NCBI GenBank assembly: GCA_003344405.1 | Contig: NOWV01000127.1 | Coordinates: 62,001-126,000 of the forward strand | DNA: 64,000 nucleotides | Source of the DNA: Trichoplax sp. H2 | Lineage: Eukaryota | Direction: 5' to 3' | Part shown: positions 14,591-29,300 of the stretch, piece after piece | Layout: the number at the start of each line of letters is the position of its first letter | How positions within the stretch are numbered: position 1 is the stretch's first letter | Translations under genes and position numbers: made by a program | Notes under the pieces: generated by a model | Told to the model about the DNA's origin: nothing | The model's input: only the letters and a program-made list of their open reading frames with translations | Databases searched by the model: none

Positions 14591-15789
14591 AAACCCAAGA
14601 TTGAATGTTAACGATGGCTGACCAATGGCGATGATGAGGAGACTGTAGTTCAATTGGAATTGGGCTGCAAGACAGGATTAACATTTGATAGCCAAGACGC
14701 CATTGCAAGAATGGATGAGTCATAACATGGCCATTAATCATGAATCATTGATGAACAACGTCCATCATAATCGACATGGCTATGATTGAGCCATAACATG
14801 AACAACACACGAATAGTTTTCCCTGCGTCATTAGGGAATCCCTTTTCCTTTTATCCATGCGATGGATGAAAGTAAATTGAGCAGGAATCGTGGGGGATGA
14901 TGACTAAGACAATCCACTTATTTTTCTCAAGGGAGAGTGAGAAAGAATGCCAATCTTCTCATCATCATCTAGTTTATAAATCCAGTGATGGAAAGGACAT
15001 CAATAGATGGAGCTGATTGCAATATACACAAGCCTCCTCCGCTAGCAACAAACTGTTCATATTCATGTCGACATGGTCGAGAAGATTTTTCTTTCTTGGT
15101 AATCCCCATCCAACATCCCTCGACTGTACAATTGATGCAATTGAAGTTAAGATGGATATTTTCTATGGACAAATAACTTGTTCAAATGGTCATCAATCCA
15201 CTAGAAATGGATCGTCAATATTGATCTTGACAAGGTTGGATGAGATTGTCCTGTTGTTGACAATCTCGATATCCCTCAACAGCACTCTTATTTGGGGCTA
15301 TAGCTGTATCTTTTGAGCAAATCAAGACAGACATTTTGTAGCCAAACAACCTCTTCCCATGGCATCAACAACATGTTCAAATGTTCATCGATCAACTATG
15401 ATTTGACAATCCAACATTTCTTAACACAAGAGTACTTCTATTTCCGGCGCTAGCTACATCCTTTAAACAAATCAAGATGGACTCTTCTATGGCCAAACAA
15501 CCTCTTCCCATATCCATCTGTCTACTAGGAATAGATCGCCATCATTGATGTCGATTTGTGCAAGTACTGGATGAAGACAATCTCTCAAGTACACTTGGAT
15601 TGCTTTTATCCCATCATGGATGTTGACATGTCGGGCAAGATTGAATTTTCTTCCACTGGCTATCAATAAATACAACGAAATGGATCCTTTTTATACAGTA
15701 AATCAATCACAGTTGAGGTAGGCTTCGATACTAACAATTCATTGAGAGCTAATGTAATTAGCCTTGTGTCAATCTTCATTGGGGCAAAA

Positions 15790-16745
15790 CATGGCGTTCT
15801 TCCATCGCCTCCAACTTGAGATGAAGAGGACAAGGAGCAATCCATGTTTTACTTAGCACTAATTAACTGTTCACTGACTGATCCCATTGGATTAACCACC
15901 ATTATTCCATCATCTGTAGCTGGAGATGGGTATGAGATTGTACTTTGCTCATATTCAAGATTCTTGCAATTAGATCAGTCAACGTTATGCCATCCTCTCC
16001 AACTTAAGGTGGAGAGGAGATTGTACTTTGCTTTAATTGAAGACTCGTGCAATTGGATTAACCAGCATTAATGCATCATCTCTAGCTGGAGATGTATGCC
16101 ATCATTTTTACTTGGTACTTCATGGAAGATTCATCCAATGGCATGAACCAACGTTATGCCAGCACCATTTGTAGGTGGAGATCCATGTCGTTTTTACTTA
16201 ACACTGATTGAGGAAATGGCGATTAACCAACATTATGCCATCACCATCCCTAGGTGGAGATCAATGTCATCGTTTTTTACTTAGCACTGATTGAGGAAAT
16301 GGCGATTAACCAATGTTATGCCATCACCATCCCTAGGTGGAGATCAATGTCATCGTTTTTTACTTAGCACTGATTGAGGAAATGGCGATTAACCAACGTT
16401 ATGCCATCACCATCTGTTAGAGATGGATATGAGATTGTACTGAAATCCAATTCCAAACTCATGCAATGAGATCAATCAACGTTATTCCATCCCCTCCAGC
16501 TTGAGATGAATGTGCAATGGCTCCAATTGAAAATTTATGAAATTGCATCAGCCAACGTTATTCCATCCTCTCTAATTGGAGAGGAATGTCATCATTTTTA
16601 CTTAGCATCGATTCAAGATGAATACAATTTAAATGAACTAAGGCTATTCCATCATTGCCATCTTCAGATGGAGATTGTACTTGGCTCCAATGCAAGACTA
16701 AACCTCACGCAACAGATTCATCAATGTTATTCCCATCATCGACAG
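15790..16745. repeat. Tandem repeat, ~82 bp x~11, with near-identical core copies at 16195-16415
   Basis: 'aaccaacgttatgccatcaccatc..taggtggagat..atgtcatcgtttttacttagcactgattgaggaaatggcgatt' occurs at ~16146, 16225, 16308 and 16391, with diverged copies on both sides. Confidence 0.9.
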
Positions 16746-17099
16746 CTTGCTATTCCTGCTTTCTATTCCAGATAGCGGATGTCATTTTTCAAAGTCAAAA
16801 GTCCATCATCAGATACTGTATTTCTGAAGTCAACTCAACATGGCTACCCAATCACTCTCAGCCTTGGATAGACTATCGAAGAGGATGGCGCTGATTATGG
16901 AAAATAGCTGCTGAAGGATCAATTAATAAACTCTTCTTTTCTTTCTCCATGGAGAGCTGCTGTCGATCCAACTCGAGCATCTAATCTTGTTCACATCATG
17001 ATTGAGATTCATAACCATGTTCAACTCTCGATCGCTACATGGAAAGGCTCATCTCATCCTTGAAATCTTGCCCAATTTGGCATCATGCCACGATTGGCA

Positions 17100-17425
17100 T
17101 TAGTCTTACAGCACAAATATGCTCATCTCCATTGCACGATGGAATGGCCTTTTGCCATCATGCAAGATTAATGTTGTCCATGGTATGATGGCGATTGATC
17201 AAACCTGTTCAACTTCCTTGCAAGCCTATTACTGTCGGATCTAGCTAGCCTTTTGTCATCATGCAAAGATTCAATTTTGTCCATATCATCATGGGGATAA
17301 ATGCCCAGCAAATACGTTCATCTCCATCGCTAGATGGATAGACCTCATTCCCATGTTAGCTACCCTATCGTACGAGCTATCATTTTCTCCACCATGCAAA
17401 GACAGATCTTGTCTGCATCATCATT
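17100..17425. repeat. Degenerate short duplications
   Basis: 'ttttg.catcatgcaa.ga....t.ttgtc' occurs three times and 'caaata.g.tcatctccat.gc..gatgga' twice. Confidence 0.6.
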
Positions 17426-20400
17426 AGCACTCATAAAGTTGACATGACTAGGTAGATAGGCCATTCTCAAGTTAGCAATCTTGTCAATAGGATGATTCGT
17501 ATTTCCAGACTTGTATAGTATCAAGCCAAAAAGTCCATCGAACCATCAAGGACAAGGACAGACATGTTTAACTCGATCACTAACCTGCCCAGTGAATGAT
17601 ACAACATATTGCTAGTCGTGATCGCCAGAAAATCCCCACAATAACAGCTCTAAAATAAAGTTCTAGACTTGCAGATCAATGTCGACAATCAATCATGATG
17701 AAATGCATGTCCAAAAAGGCCTATCCATCGAGACGAAGATGAGAACAAGATGATCAACTCTTGCCATGGCATGGTTAAAAGAATCCCATCCCAAACGCAA
17801 TATCGGAGCTAATCCACGTCAAGGCATTTTCTCCAATGGAGTAAAACATGCTGAAAACGATAGGCAGCCATCGACTACAATAACTTGTTTAACTTGGTTA
17901 ACCTAGGTCATATCGAATAGGTCGAAAAAAAAGTAGGAGGAAAGAAAGCGACGAAAATGCCGGAAATGGGTCGATGATGAAAAGGTAGAAACAGGATCCG
18001 ATGGGAGGATACTTGGCCGCCTCAGTTTTGGCGTAGGGGAAGGGCAAAGAGAAATGATTCGGAATATCCTATTACAAATTTACAATCCAATACAAGCTAA
18101 TCCATCCTTGCATCAACAGAAAGAAGTAAAAACCCAAATGGTCAACCCGAATATAGTAAGAAATGGAGGCATCAAAAGTCGGATCACAACGTGTCTAGAC
18201 CAAATTAGCCGCTGGTGTCAAGAAAGATCATTTCCATTGCTTTTTAATCGTTTACATGGGATTAACTCGCTTTGGCTCTGATCGATGCCTATCCATTACC
18301 CGGAAATTAATCGGACCAGGGCACGAAATCCAACGGATAGATTTCATCGTCTTCCCCATATGTGGACGATGACAAAAGGGGAAAATACGCCGCCATAATC
18401 ACTTGGATAAAGTAGTTTTTAATGAGCCTTTTCCCATACAAAATGTCGACAAGTGTAGAGATAGATACCCATACCAACATGAACGTCATTGATATCATCA
18501 TGGCCCACTTGATCCCTTCTATCCATGCTTGTATTGATAAGCAGATTAAATCCCAATATCATGTGGAATCGAGTTGGAAATGTCCTCGCCCATAACGGCA
18601 AAGGCCAACAACAACAAAAAAAGATTGCAACATTGGAGAGAGAATCTGCCCGTAAAAATAATAAGAAAACAATGGAAAAAGGATAAAAAGAAATGATGGA
18701 AATGATAGGATAGAAATAAAAAAGAGTGGTAATGACTACCAATAGAGATTGTCTGCGGAATTTGGATGGATTAATCAATGAGTAAAAAGACGGAAGAAAG
18801 GATTACCCATCGTCCATGATTGCTGGGAAAGAAAGAAATCATTCATCTGCCATGAGTGATTGCAATGGTAGCTTATTGAGCCTATATTATTCTCTTACAA
18901 CATCATCTAGCGTATGAGTGCTCATGGATAAATGGATTATTTCATTGCCTAGCCTTGAAGGAAATCCACAACCCATGAAATATCATCCATCAAGGCCCTA
19001 GAGTCCCTTTTTCCACTGCAAATGCAATGCAAATCAACGAGCCATGATGGCCGATTGGACTTACCTACACACTCTACCACAAGGTCGTTGTTTGAATCAA
19101 GATGGCACTCAATTCGATCAATCGCTAGAATTCAACACTCGATCCCAATCTTGTCTCCTTCTTCTTCGTCTTATGCTCGTCTTATTAATCAATTTCTGAA
19201 TCAACAGACTTCTTTCAGCATACTCTTTCAATCACTGCAAGAGGAAGGAAAACTTGGCAAGAAAATCAACTTGCTAGGCGATCGTCGACGATCCAATTGG
19301 CTGCACAAGACGTCCAATCAATCCTCTTTGACAAAGTTACCTATAAAGTAAAAGTTAAACTAAGTCGACCAATCAATCAAGCCAATCGTTGGTCAACAAT
19401 TTGATGCATTGATGATCCAATTGGAGGAAAAAAGTGGCTGGAAAGAGCGATTTGAAGCATGCAAGAAAAATGAAAATGGCGACCAGCGACATGGGTCGAG
19501 ACACGGTAGTGGGGGGACAAGGCCGTCTACCACAGACGTAGGGTAGGGTGGGCTACCAGCCCAGGGGGGGGGCAATCGGTTGCACGGCTAGACAACAGAC
19601 TGAAGACGTTGACCAATTTTTCTTGGTATCGTATGGGAAAATGGGTCATGACAGGGATGGTAGATAGTCGTTGAGCCCAGGGTAAAGTCGTCATTTTACT
19701 GTATAAAACAAGAGTTGAAATGGCATACAAAAGCTTAGAGAGCCAAGTCATGGTTCCATAGTTCACTTGGGCAGGTGCAACAGCAGGTGGTGGTCATAAC
19801 GGTATCGGGGGGGTGACAACACCGCAGGTAGGGTACAGTCGCAAAATAAGCTCTATTTCCTATAGTAAATCGTGTTATAACCTGAGTCACAATGTAACCA
19901 CTATGAGAAGACACGGTACCCCCACCCAATGCACAACATGGCTGATATTGATTGATCTTACTATCCCTAGCTGGAATAACTAGGATAAAATCTTCCGTTT
20001 TCCTCCTCTATTGGCATCATTAATGATTCCTAGGGCTGCTACTCAAGGCTATAATGTAGTAGACGACAACGATGAATGCATAAGAGGGTAAAACGATAGA
20101 AATTTCAGCGTCAAGGATCGTCTCGGTATCGCTTTCAGCCTTTCACTTTTGCCTGCTGCAGCCTATCTCCTCCCGAGCTAATGTGCAGGAATAACATGGA
20201 GAAGGAAAGTTAAAGGATGGATCTACTGTGGCAAAGTCCTATGTCTTTCCACCTAGTGGATGTTCTTGATGTAATGAGGCACCTTTTTCTTGTCCACGGT
20301 GCTTATGATGAGTGCAGTAGTAGATTGAATTTGCAGCTCGGTAGAATGCTGGATCTGCTGCTGCTGCTGCTCGTCCTCACCTAGTTCTAGTGGTCATGGA

Positions 20401-20929
20401 GTAGCATGAGTAAAATCGCTTACGCGCTCCTTCTATTTCTTATTAGCTAGGTTAAATGATGGATCTTCGTTACATACCACTTTTCCACTGCTATAGATGA
20501 GCGAGATGGTATGAAACAGCTTGTAGCTATATGCGACTAGCTCTAGGCCAACGTTGAATATGAAAGCCAATCTATTGCTGCATACCTCAGAACGATTGAC
20601 GAGCTGCTAGCTATAATGTTAAAGTTGAGTAGTTTATTCATCTACTGTTACACCTTTCCTCCTAGTTAGAATTGATGAGCCACTGACAATAAGGATTAAT
20701 TTAATTTCATGATAAATTCAACCATTACTGTACATCTCCTTGTAGTTGGAATGGATGAGCTATTACTGTCTAGCGGGCGAAATTTAGCCATGAATTTACC
20801 GTCGCATCTCTGTCAAAAATGAGTGAATAAAAAAAATTCAAATTTCTCCGATACTCACAGGATACTGTTGGCTCTAATTCTATCCAGCCTTATACATTGC
20901 CTAATTCTATATTGACTACATTAGTCCCG

Positions 20930-21300
20930 TAACACACAAAGTATTCCATCAGTATTGCTATGGATCCATATCCCAAATAAAGCCATCTCCAAGTAAAAAA
21001 AAGGAATACCCCTCCAATACTCAGCCAGATCTGTAGACCAGAGTTAGTGTTGACTTTAATCCTATCTAAGCCTCTGTTAACTAGCAACAAGATCCATAAA
21101 GTATCCGATCAAGGATTGCTACGGATCTATATCCCAAATAAAACCCACCCTAGGTCAAAAAAACTAAAATTCCACCAATGTTCAACACGATACTGTAGAC
21201 TATTTGCCAGCAACAATATCCACAAAGTATTACTTGCGGACTACTATGGATCCATATCCCAAATCAAGGCCACCATCTGGGTAAAAAATGACCAGGTAAA
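20930..21300. repeat. Degenerate tandem repeat, ~130-150 bp x3
   Basis: 'aaagtat......gattgcta.ggatc.atatcccaaat.aa..c.a.c...g.taaaaa' occurs at ~20938, 21098 and 21224. Confidence 0.85.
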
Positions 21301-22099
21301 AAACAATGAAAATACCTTCTCATACTCACCAAGAGAAACTCCAACCTCGTCTAAATTTGCTCGGTGAGCAATAAATACCATAAAATAGTCCTCTATGAAT
21401 GTTATGCAGCAAGAGCCTAAATAAAACCCGACCCCTCCATCCAAAGGAGTAGGCTAATTGAGATGCAAATAAAATCAATACTTACCAAGATTGACTGTAA
21501 TGCTATCCAGGTTCGGCCAGCTAGCATACAGGTATTGCAATTTTCAAGACGAGCACTACCGAAATAACAGATTGAATATGGTTACATCAATCAATGATTC
21601 AATTAAGCAAAATATTGATTTAATTTGACCACTTCGTCAACACGACCACAATGATACTGCGATTGTTATCGCCATTTCGACATCGACTGTTTACATATAA
21701 GGTGGCAATCGCCATAACTATCCTGCCCTTACTTTAATCCTTGATGGCCATTTCTTTACACATTGCTGTAGTATCTAAATTCGATGTTAGGTAGACTTTG
21801 AGCTCAATCTGGCCGAGAAAAGATCGCACTGATTACTTACAAATCGAATTATCTCACTTTACACATTGGTTACGCTGTTATAAGTTATAACCTTCACAAA
21901 GATTATATTTACAACGGGAATGGGGCCTAGATGCAGCCAAAAATAAAGAAATGGCGGATCCAATTACATCCTATTATGTCAAACTGAGCAATATCCTCAT
22001 TTTACGAAGCCATCCCCCAAAAATAAATGCGGTGACCACCTTTGTTAACCCATGTGCTAAAGCTTTACCTTGCCCACTCGACAGGTTATACTATAGCTC

Positions 22100-22985
22100 A
22101 AGATGGCTACTTGCTGAGGAATAAGAAGAAGGCATTGCTACCCCCATCGATCCTCAGTACAGTCTTTGTTGAGTTAGGATTTGATAAAAATCAATAAACT
22201 ACTCTACGCTAGCAAGAATAGAGTATCGATAGGCTCACTAAAGTAAGCCAGGAGCTAGTCTTGTTGGAAATGATATTAACTTAATTACGTAAGCCAGTGA
22301 TATTCTTGAGCTGAATTACGTATCCTTTATGAATCATGCTATTCAAACAGATCAGCATCTTGTTACCAATATGCTAAAAATTTCCCTTACCTGATCGATA
22401 GATTATACTACAACTTATGACATTCTGGATGATCTATATATTAATGATATCCTGGAGCTAAATTATGTATCCATTATGAATCATGCTATTCAAAACAGGT
22501 CAGCACCCTGTTACCGATTTGCTAGAAATTTCCCTTACCTGATCGATAGATTATACTACAACTTATGACATTCTGGATGATCTATATATTAATGATATCC
22601 TGGAGCTAAATTATGTATCCTTTATGAATCATGCTATTCAAAACAGGTCAACACCTTGTTACCAACATGCTAAAAATTTGCCTTGTCTGATCGATAGATT
22701 ATACTACAACTTAAAATGGTTGCTTACTGAGGAATAAGAAGGCACTGATACTAATCTATCCGCAGTACAGTCTTTCATGATTTAGGATTTACAAAATCAA
22801 TCCCTTGACGCTAGCAAGGATAAAATGCCGATGGGCCCACTAGCATAGGCCAGGAGCTAGTCTTCTTGAATTTGACATTATTATTTTGATTGCGTAAGCT
22901 AATGATATTCTTCTCCGATATATTCTTTAGCTTAATTGTGTATCTTTTCATGAATCATGCTATTCAAAAGAGGTGTGCATCGTTG
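22100..22985. repeat. Compound repeat: ~148 bp unit x3 nested in a larger duplication
   Basis: 'atgaatcatgctattcaaa' occurs at 22329, 22476, 22624 (period 147-148) and 22949. 'tgaggaataagaag..ggca.tg.ta' occurs at ~22115 and ~22728. Confidence 0.9.
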
Positions 22986-24229
22986 TTATGATCCATAGCC
23001 AATGTCAATAACCAATGTGAAAAGTTGAATACAATCCTAAATGTCATTAAAAGCAATGTTAATTACCTGTGCATTTCATTCCTATCTTGTTATGGCCTAC
23101 AGTAGAAGGGAAGAGAAATATTCAATTTCACCCAGCAAATTTTTTGAGTCAATGTAGAAGCTTCAAAAGTGAAACACTTTAAGGAATTAAGTATTCACAA
23201 TTTTAGAACTAATGTTATATAAGGCTTTAGCAAATTGACCAATATATGCAAATATCATATTATCCAATTCAATTTTTAACCCATGCTCAATCATCTAAAT
23301 AGATTATTCAATCGCCAACATATGGTGGATGGTAGTATTCGTTGTTTATCGGTCAGTCTTCCTCTAGCCTTATGTCAATATTATCTACAGATTTTTTATT
23401 TTTTTCCTGTAGGAAATAAATAATATCCAGCAGCCACGTTATGGAAATGCTTGATAGGGTCTTGGTAATGAGAAATCAGTTTAAAATGGATTGGCCTAGA
23501 TAAATAATTCTTTTCCGTGCGATGGCTACTTATAATCCTTATGAAATTATTTAAAATACAAGCAGGGCAAATATCTGCTTTTGATTCCCTTGTCTCTATT
23601 AATCATAATCCAATAGCATCCATATTGTAAGCCAATCATTGACAGACCATTTATTTTAAATCACTTGAATAATCTGGTCTTGGCTTTAAAGAATCAAACA
23701 GTAATAAACTGACCCGTTTCTCCTCATATTCGTATTTGTTACTCGTACATCGTTTAATATACTTCATAAATTGCTAAGTTGCGGTACTAGAGACGCTCAA
23801 CTTGTCCTACTATCAAGGCAGAACTAATTTGCTCTAACAAATAAATAAAACAAGGCAGGAAATCAATATTGATGGAGGATTTTATACATCTCTCAATTTT
23901 AATTGTAGAGTAGGATATTGTACAAAGATTACGTAATATCTCTTACTATTCCTATCATTTAACAAGCATAGATACGGGAAGGCTTTCAAAATTCTCCCTC
24001 TAAAGACAGTTTTAAGGTTTACACTTAGAATGTTTATTGCTTATTTAATTACCCATAGTCCTATCTCTCCATACGTATCCATAGACTGCTCCTTGATATC
24101 ATCCATCAATCATCTACAAATCGTTAAGCTTACCTAAATAGGAAAGAGCAACTTATCGCATAAATAAATTAATCTTCTCATGCCAATAATAACTGCCTAA
24201 TACGGAATAGATCCAGTAGGTGTCCAGGT

Positions 24230-26310
24230 CAAAAAATAATAATGAAAAGGATTGTCTAAATGTTAGGAAGAAGTCATTTTGCAGCATATAAGTTTTCATC
24301 TCTTAGCGATGCGGTGATAACATTAGAATTCCATTATATACGAATTAATACAATTAGAATTTCAATTTATAAGCAGGTAATATAATTAGAATTTCATTGT
24401 ATATATCTCATAAACTAACAGGATATGCAATATTCTAATAAAAGTTATGAAGTGATCTCAATAAAAATAGCTACGCTTAACATACATCCATCCATCCTTT
24501 CTTTATAGTAGTGGTAAAATTTTATTATTTTACTTAAGAAATAAAGTCCTATTTGATAATGTTCAATCTAGACTTTCTTTCGATTTCTTGAAGACTACTA
24601 CCGGTGCTTAATATGATCCATCAGTGGTTTAATAATGATCATAAGGATTGTTTAATTATTTGAAAGAAATCATTCTCCTACGTACAATAATCAAACTCTA
24701 ATACAACGCGCGTAATATAACTAGAATTCCACTTAAAACATTTGGAAATATAAAGTAGTAGTCTACAGTAAATCCAATAAGAACTATATATAGAACACTA
24801 TAGCTGCAGAGAGAGCTAAAAATTGAAAAACATGCTAGCAGATATTATCTATCAGCAGTTTAATAATGATTACGAGGATTATCTAGAAATAAGAAGAGAG
24901 CCATTTTATTCATATAAATTAATCATTGGTTTAAAATGCGGATAATAGAATTAAAATTCCGTTTAAAATAATTTAGAATATACGGTAACAGCCAACGGTA
25001 AACCCATGAAGGACTATTGATGGAACACTACTACTGCAGCGAAAACTAAAAGTTGAATGATATGCTAGAAGATAATATCATCCATCAGCATTTAATATCG
25101 ATTATGAAGAATTATTTTTCTGCATATATTTAATCATCTCTTTACAACACATGTAATATAATCAGAATGTCATTTAAAATTCGGAAATAGAAAGTATCAG
25201 TCTACAGTTAATGTATAAAAAACTATAGATGGAATACTACCGCCGCAGAGATAACTAAAGACTGAATAACATGCTGCAAGATAATGTCATCCTTCCGCGG
25301 TTTAATAAGAATTGTGAGAATTTATCTAAAAATGACGAGAGAGAGAGAGAGAGTCTTTTTCCTTTACGTAAATTAATCATCTCTCCGTAATATAGTTATT
25401 GTAATTAGAATTTCAAGCAAAATTTGGAAATACAGTCTTGTATGTTATTCACTCTTGAACTCTCTCTGTAGTGGAATATTGAAATAATATATGTATTAGG
25501 TACAGACTGCTAGTAAATATTATCTATCCATGAAGAACTATCTCAATATTACAACAATAATAATAATTGGAGAGATCATTGTAGAGAATAATAATTGTAG
25601 AGATCCGGTATAGAATGGAAAGAATAACATTGAGACTTTAGTAATAGGGTCTTGTTTGATGTTACTCAATCTCAAACCCCAGCTCTCCCTGAATTAACAT
25701 CTTGTGATTACTCAGTACCTGCCTAGTTAGAATTGTCCAATAAAGACCGTAACAATTGTCTCCACGAGAGAGAGAGAGTAACTTTTCCTCCAAATTACTC
25801 AGTCTTTTCTCGATGAAGGTAACTAGAATTACATTAAAAACTTAGAAATAGAATCTTGTTTGGGGTTGTTCAATCATTAGGATTGCGATTTGGTATTGGT
25901 AAATCTTTAACTCGAGCTCTTCCTCAATTGACTCAATCGTAGACTCCATCGTAGATAGAATGATCTGATAAAGATCGTAAGGATTGCTCAACTAAGAGCA
26001 AGTTTGAATTACATAAGCTCACCTTCTTTTTGTAATAATTAGTTCAATAGCAATACAAAGTTCAGAACAGAATCTTGTTTGGTATTGATGAAGCTCTCCC
26101 TAAAATGAACTGTTTGTAGTACAATAAACTGCTAATAGAAAGTTCCAATAAAGATGGTGAAGATGATCTAAATAGGAAAAATAATTTCCCCTAAATCAAT
26201 CAATCTTCTATTTACGATAAAAACTATCGTATAATAAGAATAAAAATTCAAAAATAGAGCTTGTTTGATTTTTCTCAATTTTGAACACTAGCTCTGCCCT
26301 GCATTGACAA
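24230..26310. repeat. Long degenerate tandem array, ~205-235 bp unit x~9
   Basis: 'atcag..gtttaataatgat...aggatt' occurs at ~24620, 24851, 25084 and 25293. 'cttgtttg.t.tt..tcaat' occurs at ~25436, 25651, 25854, 26074 and 26260. A shared 'tagaatt.ca.ttaaaa..tt.gaaata' motif links both halves. Confidence 0.75.
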
Positions 26311-29300
26311 TAAATTGATCCTACAAGGTTTCTCAAATTTGTCTACATCATAAAATCAATCTTTTCTTTATGATTCAAATTATGATTGCATGGATCCGGT
26401 ATACAGGACAAGAAATGAAAAGAATAGCTCCGTTCTAGTTCATGAATAGCATTTTATTTAACTTTCCATTCTCTTTGAATTTATTCGGTAATAAGTATTC
26501 CTCACTTATAGGCTGTTGCTGAACATAAAGCATCGAATAATAGTCGAGATTGCCTTAATGCGGTGGATCAAACTTTTGACGTAAACAAATTCATCTTCCT
26601 TTTCAATAATTAGTCATCATCATAGTCAATACATGATCAGCTTAATAAATAATATAATTAGTCATCATAATAGTCAACACATGAGAAAAGAAAATATTGT
26701 TTTATTAATCAAAATATGGCGCTATTCAAGCAGTTAATCGATCTTGTAGAATAATAAAGAAGAGATTGATTCTCCCCATTGGCTAGATAGACCAGTCGCA
26801 TGGATGCTTAAACTTCTAGCAGATGGCTATGGCTTATCTTTAGACCGCGATGATACAGATATTGAAAAAGAAGATTAACGTTTATATACACTACTATCCA
26901 TTTCGTTCTCTAATATTAGCCCTCCACTCAAATATTCCTTAGTCTCACGTTTACATCGATCACCATTTCTTGAATAAACTAATCTCTCGATCACGATGAT
27001 GCGTATACTGCCATTTCTCCGGTTGCTTGGTATTTTCCTTCGACCTAAATATTTCTTAGTCTTATGTTTACATCAATCACCATTCCTAAAACGATGAATT
27101 CATTTGTAGATCAAGACGATGAGATAGAGATGAAACACATCTATCAATACGACTATCCATTTAATTTCTTGATATTAGCCCTCAACCCAAATATTGATTA
27201 ATTAATTCTGTTTCCCTGATTTTGACTCCTTGCCTAAATATTTTTATTTGATCTTATGTTGACATTAGTCACCATTTCAAAAAGGCTGATGATGACATGG
27301 AGTGTATTGATTCCGCCATCATTACGCCAGCAGGTGTAATGGATTGATTCAATTGAAGACCAATCGATGTTGTCATTTTAACTTTTTCTTTATTCACTCA
27401 ATACCGTGCCTTCCAACTAGCAGTCAATATTATTATTAATCAATTAACTCAATCTTGTTGATAGTAGGTTGAAAATATCTGATACCATCTTTATCCTTTA
27501 TTCTATTATCACCGAGACATCTTATCAGCATCATGAACAATGCTATCTATTCTTATCATTTGTCTTATCTAATTTCGACATCACATGATCCAACGATCAT
27601 AGATAAAATTGATTCAGATTGCGGTTAAACTAGAGTATACAGTATGTTCAAATAAGGCCGATAGACAAGTAAATAGACTGCAAACCATACTGTATAGAGT
27701 TAATAATAATCAACTGATATTGAACAACCCAATCGATTTTTATTAAAATGGATAGGCTGATGAGCATCGGCATGAGCTGTGGGCCATCGTTAGTGACTGC
27801 TGAAAAAATAATTTTGTTACTTTCTCTTTCTTCTTTCAAAGAAGAACAGACATGGTACTGTACAATCGAAAGTGATCCAGAATATCCATTTCATGGCTTG
27901 AGATAAAAAATACGTATTCACTTATTAATCTGTATCACCTATACTGTAATTATCCAAATCATTGAAACGCTCCATTGGCTATTCTTGGAATCTCCGGCAC
28001 GGCAATCCTCTTTGCATTATTAAATAGGCATTGGCCACGCACTACGTTAGTCGATAATTATAATAGACAATAACACATTGCTGGTCAATTGTGGAGCAAT
28101 TTGCTATCAAAAAAATTATCAAAACATCGCATAGTAACGTCGTCGATTCTAGACTGCGTTAAGGCTAAGGTTGAGATTTATTGAGTGTCATAGGCATGCC
28201 AAGAGACTCCTGGCTTATTGTGCTCTTGGGCAAGATTTAAGCTAGGCTACTACTGTAGAATACAATCGATTTTCATTGCTTCTCGTATAATTAATAACAA
28301 GCATCTGTGGAAAAAATTTTAGGGGTATAAATAACGAAAAATAAGAAATCGATCAGATACTTAAAAATTAACCATTTAAAATCCATATCTATCCGTGATC
28401 GTTCTTTCAGCGATTGCCAAGGCTGCTCCACCTGTCATAAAACCCATGGCTAGAAATATTTCATGACATATTTCTAGAATCTCCCATCATAGTTATAATA
28501 GTATTCAATACTTTCATTAAATATACATGTATGCTCTCTTACAACGTCATGTCTTGTATAAGGAAATTATTATGTTAATAAGAAACAGCTTTACTTGTCG
28601 ATCATGATTGAAATGAAATTTCTTAATCTATTCACTGATCATATCATATAAGTGACTTGGCACCATTCAATCACGGTATCACAATGACATCATCTGTTTT
28701 AGAGCTCAAAACAAGGAAGTAGTAAAGTTGCTTTCCATCGTAATAATCAAAAATTATCTTGAACATCCATCGACTACTTAGAATAATACCTATTCGCTAA
28801 TAGAACATGATTAAATCATGGCGTCATAATATCATCATCCATTTAGAGCTTAAATCAGGGAAGTAAAATTAAGTTCCAAGGTTATAAACAAGGATAATCA
28901 TGAACGTATTTATTAATTGGAATAAAAGCTATTCAATGTCGATACTAACAATGGTTGTCCTACTTATAATTGCAAGAATACTCGGAAACTGCTTTTAAAC
29001 ATTCTTGGAATCGCCATCCTAGTCATGACACTTTTAAATATTAAAGATGCATTCTCCGTCGCTCAGATTATACATTGCATTCATCCTTTGCTAACACAAA
29101 ATATATTATTTGTTAATTTTGGTTAAGTTATGGAATGGCAACATGATGAGATAGAAAGAATATTTTTAATGTTATAATGACATACGGAATAGACTATCCG
29201 CCCACTAGAATGGTAATGGAATACTGTACTAGAGTGAGTGCTTAAAATTTTATCCTAATATCGATCCTTTAGAGTTGCGATGCATCATTGTGATCAGTAG

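Noticed and set aside
20250-20395. Short (CAG)5-containing open frame on the - strand
   Set aside because: About 46 codons, no start or compatible splice sites identified, and no homology.
21486-21527. Candidate first exon of the RhoGAP gene (MLAGRTWIALQSIL|gtaagt)
   Set aside because: It has a good donor but is phase 0, whereas exon 12149-12222 needs phase 1. It is unsupported without an intermediate exon.
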